A stretch of DNA of 64,000 nt from Hemiscyllium ocellatum (taxonomy: Eukaryota): positions 27,638,999-27,702,998 of the forward strand of contig NC_083424.1 in the NCBI RefSeq assembly GCF_020745735.1, read 5' to 3'. A model generated the notes under the pieces. It made no database searches. It was not told the DNA's origin and worked only from the letters and a program-made list of their open reading frames with translations. Made by a program: the position numbers and the translations under genes. Position 1 is the stretch's first letter. Every line of letters starts with the position of its first letter. This document shows, one piece after another, positions 49,501 through 62,345 of the stretch.

Positions 49501-52500
49501 GATTTAAATAAATTTTCATGGAATGTGAGTGTCGATGGCTAGGCTAGCATTTATGACCCATCCTTAGGTGCCCTTGAGAAGATACTGCTGAGCTGCCTTC
49601 CTGTACCACCACAGTACATAAGGTTATGCTATTAAGAAGGGAGTTCCGAGATTTGACCTGGTAGCAATGAAGGGACAGTGAAATATTTTCAATGAGAAAG
49701 TTGTGTGTGTTGGAGGGAAATTTCCAGGTGGTGGTGCTTCTACATGTCTGCAGTCCTTATGTTTTCTTGGGTTAGTCATGAGAAGATAGGTGAAAAGTTA
49801 GCCTAAGGGTTTTTTTGTGCTATTCACCTGATGGCCCAAGAAAGAGTATCTATATCAGCCACTAAGTATGATTTGATATTCTAAGTCAAAAGTAATATAA
49901 GTTAAGTTTTCAACAGTTAACAACACAAGACACGTGTTAGACACATAGGGTGTGATTGACTCCAGAAACCAGACCATGCATCATAGTTCATGCCGAGAGT
50001 TCTCCAAGCAGAGATGCTTCTTTGTTTGGAACATTGCTGCCTGTAGAAGGAAGAGTTAATTGGCGAGGGATTGATCAAATTTGGAGTTTAATTAAGGAAT
50101 GAACTTTTCTCCTTGGTGGGGGACAATGACCAGAGAGTGTAGATTTAACATATAAGAGAGAGGAAGTTTAGAGGGAATGAGAGGGAAAAATATTTTGATC
50201 CAGAAGGTGGATGGAATTTGGAGCTCATTGCCAGCAAGGGTGGTAAAGGCAGGAAACTTCATAATATTTAAGAGGTATTTAGATGTGTACTTACAATGCT
50301 AAGATATTCAAGACAATAAGCCAGAAGCTAGAAAACATGATTAGAATAGGTAGGTGGTGGTGCTTTTTGACCTAATGGACCCAAGGACATTTTTCTGTGT
50401 CATAGACCTCTATGGCTATAACTCATTCTCCTGATGGGAGAATGAAATCAAATTGTTAATTTGTTGTTATGCTTAAGGATTTAAGATTTGATTATCAATA
50501 ATGATCTTTTCCAGCCAAAGACACTGATGTCATTGATGAAGCAATCTACTATTTTAAGGCAAATGTTTTCTTCAAAAACTATGAAATAAAGGTAAGTTTG
50601 TTTTTTGATTTGTCAATTTTAAAGATTCTTTGTGAATACAATATATGAATAATTTGTTATGTATTAGAGGAAATAATGCACTATGTAGTGTAACACAGAG
50701 ATCACTGGCACAGAAATAGTGGTACATATGTTTAGACCTATTTTTGACATCAGCCATGATGTCCCAGTATCTTAACATGTCTTAATGAGCCAGAAGGTCA
50801 GAAGGAGACTTGATGTGGATTTTTGTGCGCATTTACTAATTGATCCATATGTTGCATCATTACAGAGTGAAAGCAAATTCTCCACTTTCCTCCTACTTCA
50901 GTAGGGATCAAAAAAAGAGAAGTTTTCACAAGCATACATAGATAACAAGCCTGTTAAATGTAAAATATAAAACTAATATGGTGAAACAAATAATTCCTTA
51001 TTTCGTGTAAGAACAAGACGTTAATTATTAAATGCTACAAAAAATCTTACTCGTTTAGATACTGATTAGTCATCATGGGCACATGTCTAGCAGACATTGT
51101 CTGTTTTGCATTCTTATGTATTTTCATATTAAAAATATTTTAGTAGTGCAGTACTGTGGATACGCCATAATCAATGGACTGCAGTTTTTCAAAAAAATCA
51201 CATCATTCACCATCACTCTCCAGGGCAGTTAAGAATGGGCAATAAGCAATATGAGTAGAATTAGGCCATTTGGACCATCGGATCTGCAACACCATTTGAT
51301 CACGGCTGACATGCTTCTCAATCCTTAATCCTCTTAACAAAGAAAGCTGGGTGACTGTCTGTGTGGAGTTTGCACATTCTCCCTGTGTCTGCATCAGTTT
51401 CCTCTGGGTGCTCTGGTTTCCTCCCACAGTCCAAAGATGTGCTGGTTAGGTGAATTGGCCAAGTTAAATTGCCCATAGTTTTAGGTGCTTTAGTCAGGTG
51501 TAAATGTAGGGAAATGAATCTGGGGGGGTCCTGTTCGGAGGGTCGGTGTGTACTTGTTGGGTTAAAGGGCCTGTTTCCACACTGTAGGGAATCTAATCTA
51601 ATCTTAACCTATCTAATCTTAACCTATCTATCTCCATCTTAAAGACACTCAAAGACTTGGCCTCCATAGCCTTGTGTAGCAATGAGTTCTACTGGTTCAC
51701 CAGCATTTGACTGAAAAAAAAATCCTCTTCATCTTAGTTTTAAAGGGTTTTCTCTTCACCCTGAGGCTGTGCCCTTGGATTATAGTCTCTACTATGACTG
51801 GAAATATCTTCTCCCTGTCTACTGTGCCCAGGCGTTACAACATGGAGGCAAATTCCTCTGATAATTAAACCAAACACCCAGAAAAGCTTGCCTTGCCTCG
51901 CCTCTCCTCGCAATCTGTTAACTATAAGAGTGATGGAGAACTCCTAAATTCCACTGCTTAAAGCAAAATAACAATTTATTGTTTTAACTCTAATAGTGAA
52001 CACTAAACAACAATGTATAACATGAATAGTTGTGGTTCAAACACCGAGCCCTGTGGAATTCCACTAATTTGCCATCCTGACAAAGACCTTTTCCTCCCCT
52101 CGCTGCCTTATGCCAGTCACCTATACCTCTATTCATGCCAATACCTTGCCCTTAACACCGTGGACTCATTTAGCAGCTTCTTGTGCAGCATCTTGTCAAA
52201 GGCCTTCTGGAAATCCAAATAGATCATGCCCATTGGCTATCTTTTCTCTAACATGCTTGTTACCTCCTCAAAGAATTCTAGCAAATTTGTCAGCTATGAC
52301 CTCGTGACGAAGCTGTGCTGACTCAGCCCTATTTTATCATGAACTTCCAGGTACTCCGCAATCTCATTCTGAACAATAGACTCTGAAATCTTACCAATGA
52401 ATGAGGTCAGGCTAACTGGCCTATAATGTTTCGTCTTCTGCCTCCGTCCCTTTTTAATCAGGTGTAATGTTAACCATTTTTCAGTTATCCAGGACTCTCC

Positions 52501-55500
52501 CTGTCTCCAGTGATTCCTAAAAGGTACCACCAATGCCTCCACAGTCTCCTCAGCTAGCTCCTTCAGACACATGGGTTATGTCCATCTGGTTTGGGTGATT
52601 TATCTGCCTTTCAATTTTTCTAGCATATTCTCCTTAGTGATGGCCACTGCACTCACCTCTGCCCCTTGACTCCCGTAAAGTTCTTGTACGTTGCTGGTGG
52701 TTTCCACTGTGAAAACAGATGCAAAATACTGTTCAGTTTCTCTGTTATTTCTTTATTCTACATTACTATGTCTCCAATCTCATTTTGTCCAATGTCCATT
52801 CTTGCCTCTCTCTTACCTTTTTAGATATCTTGAAAAAAATTTGCAATATTTTTGTTATTAGCCAGCTTACCCTCCTATTTCATCATCATTCACTTTATTG
52901 CTTTTTCAGTTGTCCTCTGGTTTTTAAAGGCTTCCCACTAATCTTCACCATATTGTATGCTTTCTCTCTTGCTTTTATCCTGTCCCTGGCATCCCTTGTT
53001 GGCCATGGCTGCCTCGTCCTTCCCTTAGTATGTTCCTTTTTCCTTGGGATGAATTTCTGCTGTCTCTCCTGAATTATCCCCAGAATCTATTGTCATTGCT
53101 GTTCTAATGTTTTTCTTCTTAGGTTCTCCTTATATCTTTGTAGTTGGCTTTACTCAACTGCTAATACCATTACATCTGATTCCAGCTTCTCCCTCAAATT
53201 GCAGAGTGTACTGTATCATGTTATGGTCACTACCCCCAAGGGGTTCTTTCACCAAAAGCTCCCTAATCAAGTCTGCCTCATTACACTACTAAATCCACAA
53301 TTTCCTGTTCCCTAGTGGGCTCTGCCACAAGTTGCTCCAAAATGTCATCTAGCAGACATGCCATGAATTCTTTTTCTTGGGATATGCTATCAACCTGATT
53401 TTCCAAGTTTGCCTACATATTGAAGTCCCTCATAATTATTGTAATAGTGCCTTTCTTAATGCCTTTTCTTTCTGCTAGGAGGCCCATGCATAACTCTCAT
53501 CAGAGTCTTCTAAATGCTGACCTACCCAGCAACATCCACTTTGCAAGAACAAATGAAAGGATACTCAAAACTTTTACTTGTACTAATTGCTTATGCTTTA
53601 ATGGGAGTTATTTTAAAATTAGAATTGTTCATATAATTCTATACTATTCCACCAAAATGCTGTAAAGGCTAAATGTATCAAAGTTGTGAAGGATGGATTG
53701 TATTTTTTTGCTGAGCAGACATTAAGGGTTGTGGAAACAAGATGGTTAATTATTTAAAAATCAGGATGGGCATAGATTAGGTGAATAGCAAAGATCGTTT
53801 CCCGAGATGGGGGAGTTCAAACCTAGGGGCAATTTTTAAGGTGAGAGGAGAAAGATTTAAAAGGGACCTGAGGGTCAACTTTTTTAGAGCGGTAAATATG
53901 TGGAATGAACTGCCAAAGGAAGTAGTTGATGAAAGTGCAATTACAATATTTAAAAGACATTTGCATTGCACAGGTACATGAATAGGAAAGGTTTAGAGAA
54001 ATATGGGCCAAATGGAGGCAAGCAGGACTAGTTTAGTCTGTGAAACTCGGTCAGCATGGATTAGTTGGACAGAGGGTCTATCTCTGTGCTGTATGACTTT
54101 ATGACTGAGTTAAGCCATGCTCTAATTGAATAATGGAATGGTTCATGTATTCCAACATTTCAAGGTTGCATGTCAGATATTCAACTAACAAGCTGTTCTT
54201 TTTTGTAGAACGAAGCTGACAGAACCTTGATTTATATCACTCTTTATATTACTGAGTGCCTCAAAAGATTACAAAAGGTAAGAAAAAGTACTGTTTTATA
54301 AAATATCACTTTAACTTTCGCTTGCCTTGCTTTGTCAACCTTGAAGTTTGACAGGCAGACTAGCTTCAAACTACTATGGTGTACTCCAGCCAGTTCCGCC
54401 CAGCAGATATGTGATCTGAAGACTTTGCTTTATAGCTGGAGTCCGGAAGTTAGTTCATTGAGGTGGAATGGTGGTTAGAATGTTTCTGCTGTATTAAACA
54501 TTTGCATGAAAAGTTTTTTAAAAATAGGAGCAGCCCTTATTAAGTGAGGCTGCTGCAGTTTTTTGCACATGTGGTGAATTGTGAGCTAATAATAATTTTT
54601 TCATGAAATAGCATGCATTTCATCCCTTTTATATTTCAGGATTATTTTGGAATGTGACCAAGCTTTTCATTTTTTCTATTTTATACAGTGCAATTCCAAA
54701 AATCAAGGAGAGAAGGAAATGTATACCTTGGGGATAACTAACTTTCCCATTCCTGGAGAGCCAGGCTTTCCTCTTAATGCCATGTATGCAAAGCCAGGAC
54801 ACAAGCAGGAAGATGGTATGAGGAAGCAGCATCATTCCAATCAAATAATCTATTATTAAAGGATGGAAAAACATATTTAGTCAGTTTTTCTACTAATATT
54901 TTTATTTTAAAAACAAATTTCAGAAAGCTTGTCATGCCTCAGTCACAAGTAAATTTTATACTGATCTAAGCTTAGTTCCACATTATGATTGAAAAATATT
55001 TAAGCTACTGAAATTAAAATTTAGCTTTATGGTTCAGAATCCTCCTTTTGATGTCTCGATTTATGCTTTTAGTCAATTCAAGTTGTACACTACCTCTGAG
55101 AAAAAGACCCTTTCACTGCTTCTAGAAATTTACCAGAGAAGGTCTGAAATTAATGAGTGAGATGTAGGAATAGGGGCTTGTAAATATTCCTGTTGGAAAT
55201 TTTCTCTCACTCCTTTCTGATAACCACAGCAGTTGTGTGACTGAGGCTAGGAGCTCAGTGTTAATGAAGAAGGTTAAATCTGAATCCATTATATGATATA
55301 TACGCTGGTAGTCCAGTGTGATCTGACACACTTTTTACACAAAATGTAAGTGAACATTATATTTTTTGGATTGAATGCACATGTGACCTAATTTTGCATG
55401 AAATAAATATTTTACTTCTAACTTTGAAGGATTCCGTAATTTTAACTGTTTTACCTTCAACAAAGCTGAAATGTCTAGTGTATTTTACATTGAGATTTGG

Positions 55501-58500
55501 TAGTTGATTGTCATTTATAATGTATGTCCACAGAATTGATTGTTCATGATCATGTGTATTCTGGTTACTTTTTCAGAGATGATGAGGGGTTATTTGCAGC
55601 AGATCAGGCAAGAGACTGGACTGAGACTTTGTGAAAAAGTGTTTGACCAACAGACTGACAAACCCAGCAAGGTAAGCAGCTGGATTTTGGACTTGAAATT
55701 ATGACTGTCATTTATATTTGCTGCTTGCCTAAAAGATTAAAGCAGTAAATTAACTGCCACAAAAAAAGTTAACCACAGCCATTGGTTTTAAAGGGCGGGT
55801 TAGAATCCTACTGGGATATAGGATGGGACTGCAGAAATGAAAAGAAATAAAAATTAAAAGCGGGCCATACCACCAGTGCTTCACCGGAGCCTCTCTGATG
55901 ATGTTACCTAGTATGGTGATGAAACGTCTGAAAACGAACCTTCCAGCTCAGTGAGCAAGCTTACATCTAGGACAGGACTGTGTTCCAGGGGACTGCTGGG
56001 AAGTTTTTGAGAGTAGGCTAAATGGACCAATGGTTTTCTCCTGCCTGGACTTTTTTTTGACATATTCTTGTTGAGTTCTCAGCCCAAAGACAAGTCAGTT
56101 GACGCAGTACTGCAACCTCCATTAGAAGGAGGCACCTGAGCTGGAATTGGGAATGAATTCAGTACTATTGGGACCAACCTGAACCACATTGGCTGTGCAG
56201 TTAACTGTGCCCGAAGAAGTCCGAATTACTGTGGCAATATACACTTTTATGTACATGTTGCTGTCTGAAACTACGGATAGTGATGATAGAGGCTTTAATC
56301 ACTTGCTGCCAAATGACTGACCAAAAAAAAAATCACTCCTTTTACCATTTACTATTGGAATTTTTGGAAGGAATTCCAGATTGATACTCAAACTGTTTAG
56401 CCAAGTTATGAATGCACTTGCCTTAACCATCAAGTCCTGGAGTGGGACTTGAAAACCGAGATTCAGACTTAGGCAGGGTCAAACCACAAGACCTCCTATG
56501 GTAATAAAATACAGGACTCCTTTTGGTTTGGTCCATTAGTGTGATATTGTATTTATTCAGTGCCAACAGGACAAATATTTATACGTGCTATCCTAGAAAG
56601 AGGCTGCCACTAAAACAAAATGGCTGATTCAAACTGCGTATTAATGAAATGAGCCATATCCTATGGTGCCTGTCAGTGATGGGAAGCAATAAAACAAGAT
56701 GGTTTTAGACTGGATCATAGTTTCATCTAATATTACTGTGCTTCCTAAATCCAAATTAATTTTCAGCACTTCTTTTTCAAAATCATCTACCATGAATAAT
56801 GTATCAAACTTAACCTTAAAAAGTAACTTCTATTTTATAGCTTCACTTACTCTCAGCAATTTATTAAATTGCACGACCTATGTGTTCTACTAAACTTTAA
56901 ATTTGCTTTGATATTTACCTTTTTTTTGAAAAATATTTATAGAATTGTTCTTTTTGCAATTATTGTGTGACATGACATGGTAAATGATTTCTCTGGTGAC
57001 TTAATAGTTTATTTTTAACAGGAGTCTTCTGTTTCCTGAATACAAGCAGTACTTAAGTTAAGCCCTTTGCAAAACTTGTCTGACCCAAGTCAAGTAGCTT
57101 TAAATAACCATTGGGAAGTGTGGAGTAATTTCTCTTTAACATTACTAAATATTACCAAGTATGTGATAAATTTAAGTTTTGTATTTTTATTTATAATAAA
57201 TCCTACAATATACCATAAAGTAGTGAGACCACACCTAGGGTACTGCATATGGTTTAGATCTCTTAATATATTAGAGATCTATTTAGTCATTGAGATGTAC
57301 AGCATGGAAACAGACCCTTCAGTCCAGCCCGTCCATGCTGAACAGATATCCCAATGCAATCTAGTCCCACCTGTCAGCACCTGGCCCATAACCCTCCAAA
57401 CCCTTCCTATTCATATACCCATGCAAATGCCTTTTAAATGTTGCAATTGTACCAGCTTCCACCACATCCTCTGGCAGCTCATTCCATACACGTACCACCC
57501 TCTGCGTGAAAAAGTTGCCCTTTAGGTCTCTTTTATATCTTTCCCCTCTCACCCTAAACCTATGCCTTCTAGTTCTGGACATTTGCATTAGAAGGAGTTG
57601 AGAGAAAGTTCAATAAGTTGATTCTTGGGATGAAAGGGTTACCTTGTGGGAAAATATTGAGCAGGTTGAGCTTGCATTCATTGAAATTTAGCAGCATGTG
57701 TGATGATGAGGTTTTCCCTCATTGTGGGGCATTTAGAAGTACAGGCAGAGTTTCAAGAAATGGGTCTCCCATTTAAGATACAAATAAATCCTCCTCTTGA
57801 GAAGGTATTAATTTTTGGAATTCTGTAATCCAGCGAGTAGTGGTAGCTAGGTGATTGAATATATTTGAGGCTAAATTAGGCTGTCATTTGATCTACAAGG
57901 GATCTAGAGTTCTGGGGAACAATAGGAAAATGGAATCAAGGTCCAGTCATATCAACAATGACCTTATTGAATGGCAGAGTAGATTTGAGGGACCAAATAA
58001 TCTATTCCTGCTCCTGTTTCTTACTTTAAATCATTTTGTTTGGAAAGTCTGACATTTTCAACATCTCACTGGAGAACAATTTTGCTCTTTGATTTTATGG
58101 TGAGAAGATGGCTGATGAGATGCAGAACAAAGATTTTTTTTCTGTAATTACCAATGGGACTTAACCTTTGTAAACCTACTGCATCACCTTCTTAAAATTT
58201 ATACATGGGATATTGGTATCACAGGCTAAGCCAGCATTTATTGCTCATCCCTAATTGCTTGGACAGCAGTTAAGATGAAACTACTTTGCTGTGGTTCAAG
58301 AGTCTCATAATAGCCAGACCAGGTAAGTATGGCAGATCAATAATTTTAGAATTTGAACACCACCACCTACGTCCTTCACCTACCTCAACATTCCAGGCCT
58401 TGTCATTATATTCTTTATTTCCTGAAGAAGGGCTTATGCCCGAAACGTTGATTCTCCTGTTCCTTTGATGCTGCCTGACCTGCTGCGCTTTTCCAGCAAC

Positions 58501-60707
58501 ACATTTTTAAGCCCTGTCATTATATGGGTTGCTTGCTTTTGCTTGAAACGTCGATTTCGCTGCACTTTGGATGCTGCCTGAACTGCTGTGGTCTTCCAGC
58601 ACCACTGATCCAGAATCTGGTTTCCAGCATCTGCAGTCATTGTTTTTACCTGCTTGCAGCACAGCCAACCCATTTTCACCTAATTATGGTCCCATTGTAC
58701 GCTTTCTTTCTCCCTAGCATATTATAATCCATCACTTTACCTAACTGTTATTTCCTTTCTGGACTTTATTTCCATTTATCTGCTTAGCACCCCCTTCCAA
58801 CTCACCCCACCCACCCACACGAATTGTTCAGCAAATATACCTCTTTTCCTAGCTCCTGTCAGTTATGAAGAAGAGTCACTAGAAACATTAGTTCTGCTTT
58901 CTCTCCACAGATGCATCCCAACCTATTGAGTTTCTCCAGTAATTTCTGTTTTTAAGGATGGCAGATTTCCTTCCCTGAAGAACATCAGCGAACCAGTTGG
59001 GTCTTTACAACAATTGACAGGTCACATGATCAGCATTTGACTTTTTCCCCCCAGTTTCCCACCATCTGTCATAGCCTCAGAACATTAGCTTGGATTCTGG
59101 ATTACTAGTGTAATGACGTTACCTCTGACCCCCCCACCTCCCTCTGATACATTTGTATTGTCTTACAGGCTTTTTTCAGAAATTAGATTTCTTCTTTTCA
59201 TGTTGTCAACATATGCAGGAAGTGGATTCAAACTTTACAAACTTAATTCATGCCATATCAATAAAGTGTTTTAATTTTATAACCCCTGGATATAACTGCC
59301 TTGGTAAAAATGTAGTATTAGCCGCCACTCAGTCCTTTTGTTTTTGCATTATGTTTAAATATAAACATTTTATGTTTTGAATAATCATAAAGAACATTAG
59401 TTATTTGCATTGTTTTCAAAATCTATTGTATTTATCAGTTCAGAGTATTTTGTCAATTTTCTGCCATCACCTTCTAGAAACATAGTTGATGGTAGAGTTA
59501 GATATTTGTTTGAGTATCAATGGTTAATGACATTAACTGGGAGATTGTTTGGCCCCCAAGCTTTCTTTCTCTAATGTCTTTCTTTTCTGGTCCCTCATGC
59601 AAGTGAAACAAATACTGAAATTAAATAAGCACAGTACTGGAATTGAACGTAAAATTAGATTAGTTTAGATTCCCAACAGTGTGGAAACAGGCCCTTCGGC
59701 CCAACAAGTCCACACTGACCCTCCGAACAGTAACTCACCCAGACTCATTTTCCTCTGACTAATATACCTAACACTGTGGGCAATTCAGCATGGCCAATTC
59801 ACCTTACCTGCACATCTCTGGATTTGGGATAAACCAGAGCACCCGGAGGAAACCCACGCAGACACGGGGAGAATGTGCAGACTCCACACACAGTTGCCCG
59901 AGGCTGGAATCAAACCTGGGTCCCTAGTGCTGTGAGGCAGCAGTGCTCATCACTGAGCCACCATGCCACCCCTATTGGTGATATATAAAGTGCTCAAATT
60001 CTGTGTATTAATACACTTATAAATAATGCTTGCCTAAAATGTTTCTGAAGTTTGATGCAGATCAGAATATTGAAATTTATGTAGGTTTCTACAATTTTTT
60101 AAGAATGTGGATTTCAGGGCCTTTTATGACACAGCAATCCACAGAAAATCTGGAGGATGTTCTCCATTTTTGAGTTGTCTCAGGAATCCAAATCTTGTCA
60201 GAAATCAGAATATTTCTTCCATCATTTAAGAATGGTTCTTGATGGGATTAAAGAAGGAGCAGTACTGACATTGTTTCCTTCTCCAAACTAAAAGACAACT
60301 TTAGGGAATGTTAAGATGAAGAATTAAAGATAAAATTATTTATAGACTTTTACATGATGGATGTTTCACCTCGGGTGAGGAAAACTGACCTAATCTGAAT
60401 TATTATATCATGTTTTCCTTAATTTTTTAGAGGATTATTTATGCAATAATGAAGTCACCTGCAGTTTACTCCTATGAGAGGAGGATGGTTTATTTAACAT
60501 ATTTGTTTTTTTTAAATAGGGTTGTAGGGGAAGAACATGTTCTCTGGTTGACTCTTCCCTTTTGCATTTCATGGTTGCAGATGATATGATTTTAAACTAA
60601 TGAGAATGGAACAGAGAATCTTAATTTTCTTTTTGTCTTTCTAGTGGTGGACATGTTTTATAAAGAAGCAGTTCATGAACAAAAGCCTGTCAGCACCAGG
60701 ACATTAA
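46522..60707 (+). CDS. ARPC3: Actin-related protein 2/3 complex subunit 3 (p21-Arc), complete spliced gene: join(46522-46527,48499-48598,50515-50591,54209-54277,54689-54815,55577-55671,60645-60707), 178 aa
   Basis: Spliced CDS of 537 nt, all GT-AG. Protein: [120 protein letters not shown]...[24 protein letters not shown], same length as recalled human ARPC3. Confidence 0.98.
46910..48480 (+). mobile_element. CR1 (HER1-like) LINE filling most of ARPC3 intron 1
   Basis: [16 protein letters not shown]...[11 protein letters not shown]...; tail ctctatgactcta ends about 18 nt before exon 2. Confidence 0.92.
48499..48598 (+). CDS. ARPC3: ARPC3 coding exon 2 ([33 protein letters not shown])
   Basis: ctctctcag| acceptor; A|gtaagt donor. 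Confidence 0.97.
50515..50591 (+). CDS. ARPC3: ARPC3 coding exon 3 ([26 protein letters not shown])
   Basis: ttttccag| acceptor; AAG|gtaagt donor. Confidence 0.97.
51250..53460 (-). mobile_element. Fragmented CR1 LINE in ARPC3 intron 3 with nested insertions
   Basis: [16 protein letters not shown] and LDFQKAFDK on the minus strand; 3' UTR near 51250-51800. Confidence 0.75.
51348..51604 (+). mobile_element. HE1 SINE, 5'-truncated
   Basis: Central domain and (taatc)n tail. Confidence 0.85.
54209..54277 (+). CDS. ARPC3: ARPC3 coding exon 4 ([23 protein letters not shown])
   Basis: ACTAAC branch-point match upstream; ttttgtag| acceptor; AAG|gtaaga donor. Confidence 0.97.
54689..54815 (+). CDS. 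ARPC3: ARPC3 coding exon 5 ([42 protein letters not shown])
   Basis: ttatacag| acceptor; G|gtatga donor. Confidence 0.97.
55577..55671 (+). CDS. ARPC3: ARPC3 coding exon 6 ([32 protein letters not shown])
   Basis: tttttcag| acceptor; AAG|gtaagc donor. Confidence 0.97.
55895..55928 (+). ncRNA. Minimal hammerhead motif of a second Penelope-end family, ARPC3 intron 6
   Basis: CTGATGA-T-GTTACC-TAGTAT-GGTGAT-GAAA-CG-TC; 6-bp stem II with two G-U pairs. Confidence 0.65.
57284..57580 (-). mobile_element. CR1 (HER1-like) 3' end inserted in an older + strand CR1 (about 57220-58020)
   Basis: [36 protein letters not shown] plus 3' UTR. Confidence 0.85.
58422..58449 (+). ncRNA. Minimal hammerhead motif in a Penelope-end mini-element, ARPC3 intron 6
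   Basis: CTGAAGA-A-GGGC-TTAT-GCCC-GAAA-CG-TT. Element flanked by tgtcattatat at 58401-58411 and 58515-58525. Confidence 0.65.
59655..59971 (-). mobile_element. HE1-family SINE, full length
   Basis: Reverse-complement tRNA head, central domain and (aatct)n tail. Confidence 0.88.
60645..60707 (+). CDS. ARPC3: ARPC3 last coding exon ([20 protein letters not shown])
   Basis: gtctttctag| acceptor; TAA at 60705-60707. Confidence 0.97.
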   Translation, partial: WWTCFIKKQFMNKSLSAPGH

Positions 60708-60825
60708 TATCAGAAAAATAATTAAAAACGTGAAACAGCTGAAACACCATACAGCAAGATGTCATGCAGCAAGATGTACAAAATTTTTGCCTTGTTTCAT
60801 ATGATTTTATACAGGGTTTGGATAC

Positions 60826-61334
60826 AATAAAAGTAGTGTTATTCTGAACAGCATTTTTTAAAAGGTGAAGACTATTAAATACTTGACATGGTATAATTTA
60901 CTTGAGAGCTTCTTAGTTTGTGCCTGAATGGTAATCAGTAAGTCTAATATTTGAAAGCTATATCCTGATTCCCAGTAACTGTTGTCATCACATTGCATGT
61001 TATTGCGTCAGTATGTAAGCTGATGGTGCTTGCACAACTATATTAGTATTAACAATATTGGTATTTCTTTCCTGTGACTAATAATGTTCATTTTCTGCTA
61101 TTTAACACAATTTTCTCAGCTGTAAGGAACAAACATAGTTAAATCAGAACTTTCTTGATTGCCATGCTTTAATACGGATTAAGCTAGCTTTCCATATTTT
61201 GGCAAAAAATGTTAATTGTTTTCTTTTTTAAAAAGAAAATGGACTAATAAAACTGTTGGACATCAAGTGGACCTTACTGAAGTCATTCATGAAATGGCAG
61301 CTGGAATGATAAGACAGCTGGAAATTGCAATAAA
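60826..61334 (+). terminator. Candidate ARPC3 polyadenylation signals
   Basis: AATAAA at 60826-60831, 61246-61251 and 61329-61334 in TE-free sequence after the stop codon. Which one is used cannot be told from sequence. Confidence 0.6.
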
Positions 61335-61727
61335 AATAATTTTAAGATCTCAAAATATAAATTACTCAATTCTTGATTGAATTGGTAGTATTCAGAATTG
61401 AATACAAGTCAGAACTGCTACATGGTGGTAATAGCACATCAAACTATTATACACTATACAGCATAGCTAAATGTTGAAGTCTTTATTGTTGCCATTCAGT
61501 ACAGTTAATAGGATTGAATGCAAGTCTTACTCTTTGGGAAAACCATTTACTAGTGTGATAATCCCTACAAGGCTCATAGGAAATCACTAATTAATGTCCT
61601 AAAGCTTGAGTATGAGTTGCCTTGGTAGCAGGCAATGGCCTGTCCAGCTGGAAGTCATCACCTCAGACTTTTACAGCCCGTGTCAGTGATGGAGCCTCCA
61701 CTGTTTCCACTCTATCAGTTTTCCTTG

Positions 61728-62345
61728 GGGAGGCAATGACCTAGTGGTATTATCAGTAGAATTTGAATTCAATAAAAATCTGGAATTAGGAATCTAGTGA
61801 TGACAAATGAAAAGTTGTCAATTGTTGTAAAGTCCATCTGCTTCATTAGTATACATCAAGGAGGAAAATCTGCCAACTTTACATTGTCTGGTCTATATGT
61901 GACTCCAGACCACAGCAATGTGGTTGAGTCTCAACTGCCCCCGGACAAACAAATGCTGGCCTGACCCATGACACCTGCATCCTGTCAATGAATAATAAAT
62001 AAAATAGGGAAGCGCTCTCTTGTGGCGCAGGCTTAGAGACTCTACTCCTGGACTAGGAGGCCTGGGTTCAAGTCCCATCCACTCCACTGGTGTGTAATGA
62101 CATCTCTGAATAGGTTGATTAGAAAAATAGGGCCTGTATGAAGGGGTCTCTTATGGTGCAGTGGTAGTGTCACCAGCCCTGGACCAGGAGACCTGGGTTC
62201 ATGTGCCACTTGCTTTGGTGGTGTGTCATAAGATCACTGAATAGGTTGATTAGAAAATATATTAAGTAATAGTAGTGTCCCACACTACATTGAGCCAAGA
62301 GACGTGGGTGGGTGTGTCATAACACTTCTGAACAGGTTGATGGAA
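61728..62345 (+). mobile_element. SINE cluster: one LINE-tailed SINE (about 61728-62004) followed by three short tRNA-derived units
   Basis: Box A/B-like heads (tggtgcagtgg...gggttca) and a thrice-repeated 3' motif gtgtgtcataa...ctgaa(t/c)aggttgat. Confidence 0.65.
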
